DNA from: Deltaproteobacteria bacterium
GTDB lineage: Bacteria; Myxococcota_A; UBA9160; SMWR01
Length of the DNA: 32,227 nucleotides
NCBI GenBank assembly: GCA_032128375.1
Contig: JAQBGU010000200.1
Span: forward strand, 1 to 32,227
Direction: 5' to 3'
The first letter of the stretch is position 1, and each line of letters starts with the position of its first letter. The notes below the pieces were generated by a model. That model saw nothing but the letters and a program-made list of their open reading frames with translations. It was not told the origin of the DNA and did no database searches. A program made the translations under genes and the position numbers. Shown here in pieces: positions 10,648 to 18,389 of this stretch.

Positions 10648-10655
10648 CGTCTCCA

Positions 10656-10719
10656 GTCAATGCAGGAAAGTGTCAATACAGGAAAGTGTCAATATAGGAA
10701 AGTGTCAATATAGGAATTT
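10656..10719 (+). repeat. 4 x 16-bp tandem repeat GTCAATRYAGGAAAGT
   Basis: GTCAATGCAGGAAAGT / GTCAATACAGGAAAGT / GTCAATATAGGAAAGT / GTCAATATAGGAATTT. Confidence 0.95.
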
Positions 10720-10728
10720 TAAGGGTCC

Positions 10729-10923
10729 ATGATGAGTTCTACCGGCCGCGTCAAAATTCGATGGGTGAGGAGCATGATCGGTTTCAACCGCAGGCAGCGT
10801 GCGACGCTGCGAGGACTCGGGTTCAGGCGCCTGAACCAGACGGTTGAGCGCGAAGACACGCCCTGCGTTCGCGGGATGATCAATGCCGTGACCCACCTCG
10901 TAGTCGTTGTGGAGGATGCCTGA
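10729..10923 (+). CDS. rpmD: 50S ribosomal protein L30
   Basis: VRSMIG…RATLRGLG…DTPCVRGMI…HLV, between rpsE and rplO. Confidence 0.95.
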   Translation: MMSSTGRVKIRWVRSMIGFNRRQRATLRGLGFRRLNQTVEREDTPCVRGMINAVTHLVVVVEDA

Positions 10924-11366
10924 TGCTCGATCAGCTCGCACCGCGACCTGGAGCCACCCACCGTACCAAGCGAGTCGGGCGGGGTCCGGGCACTGGTCTT
11001 GGCAAGACCGCTGGCCGCGGAGTCAAGGGCCAAGGCAAACGCTCGGCTGGCCGCGAGACTCCGCTCTGGTTCGAAGGCGGCCAGATGCCGCTGGTCCGCC
11101 GCGTGCCCAAGCGTGGCTTTTTCAATATTCACCGCGTGGAATTCCAGATCGTCAACCTAGACGCACTCGCATCGCTGGGCGACGGAGCCACGGTGGACCG
11201 GGAAACTCTCATTTCGAAGGGTATGCTTCGCAAGCGTGGCGGCGGGCTGAAGATATTGGGTGAGGGAAAAGCACCTAAGAACCTGACGGTCAAGGTGCAG
11301 AGTATCAGCGCAGGTGCGCGTCAGAAGATCGAAGCCGCTGGTGGGAGCGTGGAAATCGTCAAATGA
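10923..11366 (+). CDS. rplO: 50S ribosomal protein L15
   Basis: [33 protein letters not shown]. Confidence 0.98.
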   Translation: MLDQLAPRPGATHRTKRVGRGPGTGLGKTAGRGVKGQGKRSAGRETPLWFEGGQMPLVRRVPKRGFFNIHRVEFQIVNLDALASLGDGATVDRETLISKGMLRKRGGGLKILGEGKAPKNLTVKVQSISAGARQKIEAAGGSVEIVK

Positions 11367-12673
11367 TCGGCGGTGTTCAGAATATCGCGCGGATCGCGGA
11401 ACTCAGAAACCGGATCCTGTTCACCTTCGGGATGCTGGCCGTGTATCGGCTGGGCGCGTTCGTGGTGACGCCAGGAATCAACGCCAACGTCATCAAGGAC
11501 TTCTTCCAGCAGTTGAGCGGCACGATGTTTGGATTGTTCAGCATGTTCTCCGGCGGGGCGGTCGAACAGCTGTCGATCTTTTCATTGGGCATCATGCCCT
11601 ACATCAGCGCATCGATCATTTTTCAGCTGCTGACGGTCGTGATCCCGCAGCTCGAGACGTTGAAGAAAGAGGGCCAGGCGGGAACCAAGAAGATCAACCA
11701 GTACACCCGCTATGCGACGATCGTGCTCGCGCTGTTCCAAAGCACTTTGATCGCGATCGCGCTCGAAAACGGCCAATTCGGCCAGGGGGCAGTGGCCAAT
11801 CCCGGTTGGGGATTCCGACTGATGTGCATGGTTACGCTGACTACGGGTACCGCGTTCATCATGTGGCTTGGCGAACAGATCACCGAGCGCGGTATTGGCA
11901 ACGGGATCTCGCTGATCATCTTCACCGGCATCATCATCAATATTCCGGCCGGCTTTGGCCAACTCATTCAGCTGATCAAAACCGACCAGTTCAGCATTCT
12001 GCAGGCTCTGACCTTCCTCGCAATCGTCGTCGCAGGGATCGGTTTCGTGGTCGTAGTCGAGCGCGGTCAGCGTCGCATACCGATCCAGCACGCCCGCCGC
12101 GTCGTCGGTAAACGCGTCCAGCAGGGAGGTATGAGCTACTTCCCGCTGCGTGTGAACACTTCTGGCGTGATTCCCGCGATCTTCGCTTCGTCACTGTTGC
12201 TGTTTCCGTTCACGATTGGCCAATTCGCCGACTCGCAAGCTGTGTCGAACTTTATCGATACCTATCTGAACCCGGCGAGTTTCTTCTACCAGGTGGTCTA
12301 CATCAGCCTGATCGTCTTCTTCTGTTACTTCTACACATCGATCATGATCGATCCCAACGATGTGGCCGAGAACATCAAGAAGTCAGGCGCCTACGTTCCA
12401 GGGATTCGGCCCGGCAAACACACCGCCGAGTACATTGACCGGGTTTTGACCCGCGTGACGCTGATTGGTGCGATTTACATGGCCGCCGTCTGCGTGTTGC
12501 CGACACTGCTGGCAGTCCAGATGAACGTACCGTTCTATTTCGGCGGCACGGCATTGTTGATTTGTGTCGGTGTCGGCCTGGATACGATCGGACAGATCGA
12601 AGCCCACTTGGTGTCCCGCCAATACGAGGGATTCGTCCGTGGTACCCGCATCCGCGGTCGACTGGGGCGATGA
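11363..12673 (+). CDS. secY: Preprotein translocase subunit SecY
   Basis: SIFSLGIMPYISASII, WLGEQITERGIGNGISL, IRPGKHT; multiple TM segments. Confidence 0.99.
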   Translation: MIGGVQNIARIAELRNRILFTFGMLAVYRLGAFVVTPGINANVIKDFFQQLSGTMFGLFSMFSGGAVEQLSIFSLGIMPYISASIIFQLLTVVIPQLETLKKEGQAGTKKINQYTRYATIVLALFQSTLIAIALENGQFGQGAVANPGWGFRLMCMVTLTTGTAFIMWLGEQITERGIGNGISLIIFTGIIINIPAGFGQLIQLIKTDQFSILQALTFLAIVVAGIGFVVVVERGQRRIPIQHARRVVGKRVQQGGMSYFPLRVNTSGVIPAIFASSLLLFPFTIGQFADSQAVSNFIDTYLNPASFFYQVVYISLIVFFCYFYTSIMIDPNDVAENIKKSGAYVPGIRPGKHTAEYIDRVLTRVTLIGAIYMAAVCVLPTLLAVQMNVPFYFGGTALLICVGVGLDTIGQIEAHLVSRQYEGFVRGTRIRGRLGR

Positions 12674-13242
12674 GTGCGCGTCGATTGCTGCTGCTCGGAC
12701 CGCCCGGGGTCGGAAAAGGGACCCAGGCGCAACGCTTGGTCGATAAATATGGGATCCCACAGATCTCGACGGGAGACATGCTTCGCAGCGCTGTCGCTTC
12801 TGGGAGCGACATCGGTCGACAAGCCCGGGATTTTATGGATCGGGGCGATCTGGTACCGGATAGCGTCGTGATCGAGGTCGCCGAGGAGCGTTTGACTCAG
12901 GGCGACGTGGCCGCCGGCTTTATTCTCGATGGATTTCCCCGGACGAGTGCCCAGGCGGAAGCGCTCGACGGCTTGCTAGACCGGTTGGGAACCCGGCTCG
13001 AGCGATGCATTGCGCTCGGGGTCGAGATTGAGGTGCTAGTCGCCCGGCTGACGGAGAGGGGCCGTATCGAGGGGCGGAGTGACGACAACGAAGAGTCGAT
13101 CCAGACCCGGATGCAGGTCTACCGGGATCAGACTGAGCCGCTGATTGCGTACTACACCAAGCGCAAGATTCTCGTCGAAGTGGACGGTGATGGGAGCATG
13201 GACGAGGTCGAGAAACGCATCGAGGAGGCTCTGGAAAGCTGA
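12670..13242 (+). CDS. adk: Adenylate kinase (short, LID-less type)
   Basis: GPPGVGKGTQ, ISTGDMLR, LDGFPRT, GRSDD; ATGA overlap with the secY stop. Confidence 0.97.
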   Translation: MSARRLLLLGPPGVGKGTQAQRLVDKYGIPQISTGDMLRSAVASGSDIGRQARDFMDRGDLVPDSVVIEVAEERLTQGDVAAGFILDGFPRTSAQAEALDGLLDRLGTRLERCIALGVEIEVLVARLTERGRIEGRSDDNEESIQTRMQVYRDQTEPLIAYYTKRKILVEVDGDGSMDEVEKRIEEALES

Positions 13243-14030
13243 TGGCATTCGGCGAACGCATCCCGATCAAGACCCGTCGCGAAATCGCCATGATTCGCAC
13301 GGCGACCCGCCATGTGGGAGAGATACTGCTCGAACTCCGGGCCCTGGTTCGACCTGGGATCACGACGGCCGAACTCGATCGGCATGCCGCCAAGTCGATT
13401 GAAGAACGTGGTGTAAAATCCTCGTTCAAGGGCTACGATCCGCACGGTCTCCCTCGCTATCCAGCTGTTCTGTGCGTGTCGGTCAACGAGGAAATCGTTC
13501 ACGGCATTCCAGGCCCGCGCGCCCTCAAGGATGGGGACATTGTGGGGCTGGATTTCGGTGTCTCCGTAGATGGCTATCATGGCGATTCCGCGGTTACCGT
13601 TCCGGTAGGGACGATTGGACCGGAAATCCAAAAACTCCTGGATGTGACGGGGGACTCACTGGAGCGCGGAATCGAGGCGATGCAAGCCGGCAATCGTTTG
13701 TCGGATATCGGTCACGCTGTCCAGACACGAGTTGAATCAGAAGACTTTACGGTCGTTCGCGACTTTGCGGGCCATGGCATCGGCCGCAAGCTGCATGAAC
13801 CGCCCTGGATTCCAAATTTTGGAGCCCCTTCGCGGGGGCCTCGGCTGATGCCGGGAATGGTATTCGCGATAGAGCCTATGGTGAACGTGGGTGGACCGGG
13901 TGTCCAAGTGCTAGCGGATGAGTGGACCGCTGTGACAGATGACGGTTCGCTTTCGGCCCACTTCGAACACACAGTTCTGATCACGGAAGAGGGTCCGGAA
14001 GTTCTGACCCGCGTCGAGGGTTCGCATTAG
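13242..14030 (+). CDS. map: Methionine aminopeptidase type I
   Basis: SVNEEIVHGIP, GDSAVT, GHGIG, AIEPMVN, SAHFEHT. Confidence 0.98.
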   Translation: MAFGERIPIKTRREIAMIRTATRHVGEILLELRALVRPGITTAELDRHAAKSIEERGVKSSFKGYDPHGLPRYPAVLCVSVNEEIVHGIPGPRALKDGDIVGLDFGVSVDGYHGDSAVTVPVGTIGPEIQKLLDVTGDSLERGIEAMQAGNRLSDIGHAVQTRVESEDFTVVRDFAGHGIGRKLHEPPWIPNFGAPSRGPRLMPGMVFAIEPMVNVGGPGVQVLADEWTAVTDDGSLSAHFEHTVLITEEGPEVLTRVEGSH

Positions 14031-14099
14031 TTCGAAGCAGGCACCCTCGTCGACTCTTTCAAGACCGAGAGTCGGGGCTGGAATGGGAGAAAATCAAGA

Positions 14100-14213
14100 A
14101 TGAAGGTTCGCGCCTCGGTGCGGAAGATGTGCATCAAGTGCCGGATCATTCGTCGGCGTGGAATCGTTCGCGTTATTTGCGAGAACCCCAAGCACAAGCA
14201 GAGGCAGGGATAG
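14100..14213 (+). CDS. rpmJ: 50S ribosomal protein L36 (Zn-ribbon C+ form); not in the ORF track
   Basis: Manual translation [37 protein letters not shown]; upstream GGGAG. Confidence 0.98.
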   Translation: MKVRASVRKMCIKCRIIRRRGIVRVICENPKHKQRQG

Positions 14214-14242
14214 GGAACGGTCAGGGAACCGAGGAGTAGAGA

Positions 14243-14626
14243 ATGGCCCGAATTTCAGGTGTCGACCTTCCCCGCAACAAGCGGATCGAGATCGCGCTAA
14301 CGTACGTCTTCGGAATTGGACGAACATCGGCGCGCAAGATCTGCGCGCAAGCGGAGATCGACGTCGATACCAAGACCGATATTCTTTCCGACGGTGAGCT
14401 CGTTCGGATTCGAGAGATCATCGATAGCGAATACAAGGTCGAAGGTGACCTTCGGCGTGAAGTCTCGCAAAATATCAAGATGTTGATGGATATTGGATGC
14501 TACCGGGGGTTGCGTCACCGACGCGGCCTGCCGGCGCGAGGTCAACGGACACACACCAACTCGCGAACGCGCAAGGGCCCCAAGAAGACGATCGCTGGCA
14601 AGAAGAAGCCGGCGACGAAGAAGTAA
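14243..14626 (+). CDS. rpsM: 30S ribosomal protein S13
   Basis: [29 protein letters not shown]. Confidence 0.99.
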   Translation: MARISGVDLPRNKRIEIALTYVFGIGRTSARKICAQAEIDVDTKTDILSDGELVRIREIIDSEYKVEGDLRREVSQNIKMLMDIGCYRGLRHRRGLPARGQRTHTNSRTRKGPKKTIAGKKKPATKK

Positions 14627-14633
14627 TCCGATT

Positions 14634-14740
14634 GAATCGTCTCGTCCTGGAGTCCTCCATTCGAGACTCTTCGGTTCACGATTCTTTGAATAGCGATTCT
14701 TTGGATCGCGACTCACAGAATAAAGACTCTATGGAATAAA
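14634..14740 (+). repeat. Degenerate 15-bp tandem array, each unit starting with GANTC
   Basis: GANTC at 14634, 14650, 14665, 14680, 14695, 14710 and 14725. Confidence 0.8.
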
Positions 14741-14756
14741 GAGAAGGCGGCACGAA

Positions 14757-15137
14757 TTGAAAAAAGGCACCCGGAAAAAGGTCAAGAAGAACATTCAGAC
14801 TGGAATTGCGCACATCCAGTCGACGTTCAACAATACGATCATCACGATCACCGACGTGTCGGGCAACGCGCTCTGCTGGGCGGCGGCGGGAGGCGCAGGC
14901 TTCAAGGGGTCGCGAAAATCGACACCTTATGCCGCCCAAATGGCTGCCGAGGAGTGTTCCAAAAAGGCGATGGAGCACGGGATTCGTCAGCTGTCGGTAT
15001 ACGTGAAGGGTCCGGGATCGGGTCGAGAGTCCGCTGTGCGAGCGCTCCAGGCGGCGGGGATCAAGATCTCGCTGATCCGGGATGTCACCCCCATTCCTCA
15101 CAACGGTTGTCGGCCGCCCAAGCGGCGTCGGGTCTAG
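14757..15137 (+). CDS. rpsK: 30S ribosomal protein S11 (TTG start)
   Basis: [38 protein letters not shown]. Confidence 0.98.
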   Translation: MKKGTRKKVKKNIQTGIAHIQSTFNNTIITITDVSGNALCWAAAGGAGFKGSRKSTPYAAQMAAEECSKKAMEHGIRQLSVYVKGPGSGRESAVRALQAAGIKISLIRDVTPIPHNGCRPPKRRRV

Positions 15138-15148
15138 GAGAGATCGAG

Positions 15149-15775
15149 ATGGCTCGATACACGGATGCAGTTTGTCGGCTTTGCCGACGCGAAGGAACGA
15201 AGCTGTTCTTGAAGGGCGATCGCTGTTTCAGCGCAAAGTGTGGCATCGAGAAGCGAGCTTATCCGCCGGGTCAGCATGGCCAGGGGCGAGCGCGATTCTC
15301 GGATTACGGTGTCCAACTTCGTGAGAAACAGAAGGTCAAGCGGATGTACGGGCTGCTGGAAAAGCAGTTCGAACAGACGATGACGAAGGCATCTCGGATG
15401 AAAGGCCGGGCCGGCGAGAACCTGTTGGTTCTGTTGGAGCGACGGCTCGACAATGTGATATTCCGAATGGGGTTCTCGACATCACGCGCCGAATCACGAC
15501 AGTTGGTCAAGCACGGTCACTTCCTGATGGACGGAAAACAGGCGAACATCCCGTCGATGCTGGTGAAATCTGGTGCCGTGATTTCGGTGCGGGAGAAGTC
15601 GCGGAAAGTCGAACGAATCGCTGGCGCCCTGGAGACACTGGAGAGTCGCAGCACTCCGCAGTGGGTCGAGATCAACAAGGAAGCTTTCGAAGGCACCGTC
15701 AAGCAGTTGCCGGTGCGCGATGACATCACGATGCCCATTCAAGAGCAGCTGATCGTGGAACTCTATTCACGCTGA
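15149..15775 (+). CDS. rpsD: 30S ribosomal protein S4 (Zn-binding C+ form)
   Basis: [16 protein letters not shown]…KC, LERRLDN, IVELYSR; start corrected from the ORF-track 14954. Confidence 0.98.
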   Translation: MARYTDAVCRLCRREGTKLFLKGDRCFSAKCGIEKRAYPPGQHGQGRARFSDYGVQLREKQKVKRMYGLLEKQFEQTMTKASRMKGRAGENLLVLLERRLDNVIFRMGFSTSRAESRQLVKHGHFLMDGKQANIPSMLVKSGAVISVREKSRKVERIAGALETLESRSTPQWVEINKEAFEGTVKQLPVRDDITMPIQEQLIVELYSR

Positions 15776-15783
15776 CTTCATTT

Positions 15784-15813
15784 GAATTCAACATAGAATT
15801 TCACGTTGAATTC
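15784..15813. other. AT-rich inverted repeat / hairpin in the rpsD-rpoA spacer
   Basis: GAATTCAAC-N12-GTTGAATTC. Confidence 0.6.
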
Positions 15814-15863
15814 GTTGATGGGTCGCGACCGATCACGTCAATGAAATATTGGGGGTACTTATC

Positions 15864-16889
15864 ATGCACCAGGAATTGGTAGCCAGAAACTGGCGTGAGC
15901 TGATTCGTCCGCGCCATCTCGAAAACGAGACCGGCGCCGAGTCGGATCGCTACGGAAAGTTCACTTGCGAGCCGCTCGAGCGCGGCTTTGGCACTACGCT
16001 CGGCAACGCGCTGCGTCGGGTGTTGTTGTCCTCCCTTCAAGGGTCGGCCATCACCTCGGTCCGGATTACCGGTGTTCTTCACGAGTTTTCCACGATTTCG
16101 GGTGTCATGGAAGACATGTCGGACATCATCTTGAATCTGAAGGAAGTGCGCGTGCGGTCCCATGGCGAAGGGCCGAAGACGATTCGGATCCATCGCAGAG
16201 GTGAGGGAATGCTGATCGGCGGGGACCTCGGGAGCCTGGATTCCTCAGTCGAAGTGCTGAATCCCGAGCACAAGATCGCGACCCTCGGTCCGGACGCGGA
16301 TGTCGAAATGGAGATCACGATCGGGCATGGCAAGGGCTACGTACGCGCGGAATTGAACAAGACCGAGGACATGCCGATCGGGATGATTCCGATCGATTCG
16401 ATCTTCTCACCCATCCGCAAGATCAACTACATCGTGACTCCTGCGCGCGTGGGCCGCGAGACCGATTTCGACAAGCTTCAGCTCGAAATTTGGACCGATG
16501 GAACGGTGGCTCCGGTGGATGCGCTCGCGTACGCGGCAAAGATTCTGAAGGAGCAGTTGACGATCTTTATCAACTTCGAGGAGCAGGTCGAAGCGTTGGC
16601 GCCGGTCGCCGACGTGCCGACCCCGTTGAATCCGAACCTCTTCAAGTCGGTTGATGAGCTCGAGCTGTCGGTTCGGTCGGCGAATTGCCTCCAAAATGCG
16701 AATCTGCGCTTTATCGGTGAGCTGGTCCAGCGATCCGAGGGTGAGATGCTGAAGACCAAGAACTTCGGGCGGAAGTCACTCAACGAGATCAAGGATCTGT
16801 TGATTTCGATGGGACTGGAACTCGGAATTCAACTCGATGGTTTCCCGGATCGCCAGGAACTCGAGAGAATGCGGGAGCGCGACGCCTGA
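15864..16889 (+). CDS. rpoA: DNA-directed RNA polymerase subunit alpha
   Basis: [43 protein letters not shown] before ATG 15864. Confidence 0.98.
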   Translation: MHQELVARNWRELIRPRHLENETGAESDRYGKFTCEPLERGFGTTLGNALRRVLLSSLQGSAITSVRITGVLHEFSTISGVMEDMSDIILNLKEVRVRSHGEGPKTIRIHRRGEGMLIGGDLGSLDSSVEVLNPEHKIATLGPDADVEMEITIGHGKGYVRAELNKTEDMPIGMIPIDSIFSPIRKINYIVTPARVGRETDFDKLQLEIWTDGTVAPVDALAYAAKILKEQLTIFINFEEQVEALAPVADVPTPLNPNLFKSVDELELSVRSANCLQNANLRFIGELVQRSEGEMLKTKNFGRKSLNEIKDLLISMGLELGIQLDGFPDRQELERMRERDA

Positions 16890-16890
16890 C

Positions 16891-17316
16891 ATGCGCCACC
16901 GAGTACGAGCTGGGAAAATAGGTAGAAACCCGTATCACCGGAAAGCGATGTACCGAAACCTGGTCACATCGCTGCTCGAACACGGGCGTGTGCGAACAAC
17001 CGACGCCAAGGCGAAGGGGGTGCGTGCGCTCGCCGAGAAGATGATCACGCTCGGCAAGCGTGGAGATCTGCACGCTCGGCGTCGGGCAATGCGGGTGATT
17101 CGCACGCGCGATGTCGCCGCGAAAGTATTCGACGAACTCGCCGACAGGTTTCGCGATCGGCCGGGTGGCTACACCCGCATCATGAAGCTGGGAATTCGTT
17201 CTGGTGATGCCGCCTCGATGTCGATCATCGAACTCGTCGGAGCCGACGAGGACTCGAAACAAGTCGTCAAGAAAGCCTCTAAGCGAACAAAGGCCCCCGC
17301 CAAGAAGTCCGACTGA
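16891..17316 (+). CDS. rplQ: 50S ribosomal protein L17
   Basis: [25 protein letters not shown]. Confidence 0.98.
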   Translation: MRHRVRAGKIGRNPYHRKAMYRNLVTSLLEHGRVRTTDAKAKGVRALAEKMITLGKRGDLHARRRAMRVIRTRDVAAKVFDELADRFRDRPGGYTRIMKLGIRSGDAASMSIIELVGADEDSKQVVKKASKRTKAPAKKSD

Positions 17317-17846
17317 TGCGGCCCGGTGTATGGGCGGTTGTTGCCGCTGTCGCGGTTGCTGCCTTGCTCGCGATGTATGCTGGCTCGTCGACACCGCAGG
17401 CTGTCGGACGGGGCGTACCCGCACCGGATTTTTCGCTACCGAGCTTGACGGGCGACCGGATCGTCGATCTCGATAGCCTGAGCGGCAAGGTCGTCCTCGT
17501 CAATTTCTGGGCGACCTGGTGCAAGCCCTGCGAGGACGAGATGCCCGCGATGGAGCGGTTGTATCGGACTCTCTCGGGCTCGGGCTTCGAACTGATCGCG
17601 ATTTCGGTGGATGACGATCGCGCACTGGTCGATCGCTTCGCCAGCCGACTCGGGCTGTCCTTTCCGATCCTGCTGGACCCGCAGCACGAAGCAGCAAAGG
17701 CCTACCAGACGTTCCGATTTCCTGAATCGTTGTTGGTCGGCAGAGATGGCGTCGTTGTAGAGCGCTACATCGGGTCGAAAGACTGGGATGCCGCCGCCTA
17801 CGTCGCGCGCATCCGAAGATTGCTCGCCGAATCCTCTGCACGTTGA
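17316..17846 (+). CDS. TlpA/ResA-family membrane-anchored thioredoxin-like disulfide reductase
   Basis: N-terminal hydrophobic anchor, APDFSL, GKVVLVNFWATWCKPC (CxxC). Confidence 0.9.
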   Translation: MRPGVWAVVAAVAVAALLAMYAGSSTPQAVGRGVPAPDFSLPSLTGDRIVDLDSLSGKVVLVNFWATWCKPCEDEMPAMERLYRTLSGSGFELIAISVDDDRALVDRFASRLGLSFPILLDPQHEAAKAYQTFRFPESLLVGRDGVVVERYIGSKDWDAAAYVARIRRLLAESSAR

Positions 17847-17929
17847 ACGGGCCCCTGGTTTGTCGAGGCGTCCAAAGGTAGGCTAGCCGGTGGCGCGGTA
17901 GAGCGTTTGTTCTGCTGTGTACCGACGCA

Positions 17930-18037
17930 GGCGGGGAATACCGCAATGCGAGTGATGAGTTGGGAGTAGCAGCCCGGACCCCGCCGATGCCGATGGCACT
18001 GGCGGGGAATACCGCAATGCGAGTGATGAGTTGGGAG
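17930..18037 (+). repeat. Perfect 37-bp direct repeat (17930-17966, 18001-18037) with a 34-bp spacer
   Basis: GGCGGGGAATACCGCAATGCGAGTGATGAGTTGGGAG occurs twice, identical. Confidence 0.95.
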
Positions 18038-18355
18038 AGGGGCTTCGTGAAATCGCTGCTGATCGTTCCAGTTCTCATCTCGCTGGCAGTGGCGATGGGG
18101 ATCGGCAACGCGGCGCTGAGCCCAAAGTCTCGAATTCCCACCTGGCTCGGCGGGGCTGGCGATCTCGCGACGATCGAAGCGCAGATCGCCGAACTCGAAG
18201 CGGAAGTCGCCGGTTTGGAAAAGCAGGCTGAGCTGCTGCAGTCGGATCCCTTCACGATCGAGAAGACCGTACGAGAGGATCTGCGCATGGCCAAGAGCGG
18301 TGAAATCGTGATCCACTTTGGCGGTAGTACTCGTACAAATCCCCGATTTCCTTGA
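18017..18355 (+). CDS. FtsB/DivIC-family septum formation initiator-like protein
   Basis: One TM segment, coiled coil (IEAQIAELEAEVAGLEKQAELL), then DPFTIEKTVREDLRMAKSGEIVIHF matching the FtsB C-terminal pattern. Confidence 0.75.
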   Translation: MRVMSWERGFVKSLLIVPVLISLAVAMGIGNAALSPKSRIPTWLGGAGDLATIEAQIAELEAEVAGLEKQAELLQSDPFTIEKTVREDLRMAKSGEIVIHFGGSTRTNPRFP

Positions 18356-18389
18356 CGAAATCACCTCATCACGCGACCTTGGCCCAACT

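Noticed and set aside
17881..17945. tRNA-like GGTAGAGCG word upstream of the ftsB-like gene
   Set aside because: No T-loop (GTTCRA) and no acceptor stem or cloverleaf could be built.
17930..18037. Calling the 37-34-37 structure a CRISPR array
   Set aside because: Only two repeats, no degenerate third copy at +/-71 bp, no AT-rich leader, no cas genes, and copy 2 is coding. Kept as a repeat finding.
18320..18331. ops-like GGCGGTAG upstream of argS and the sugar genes
   Set aside because: Lies within FtsB-like codons (FGGST), lacks the downstream TG and JUMPstart context; likely chance.
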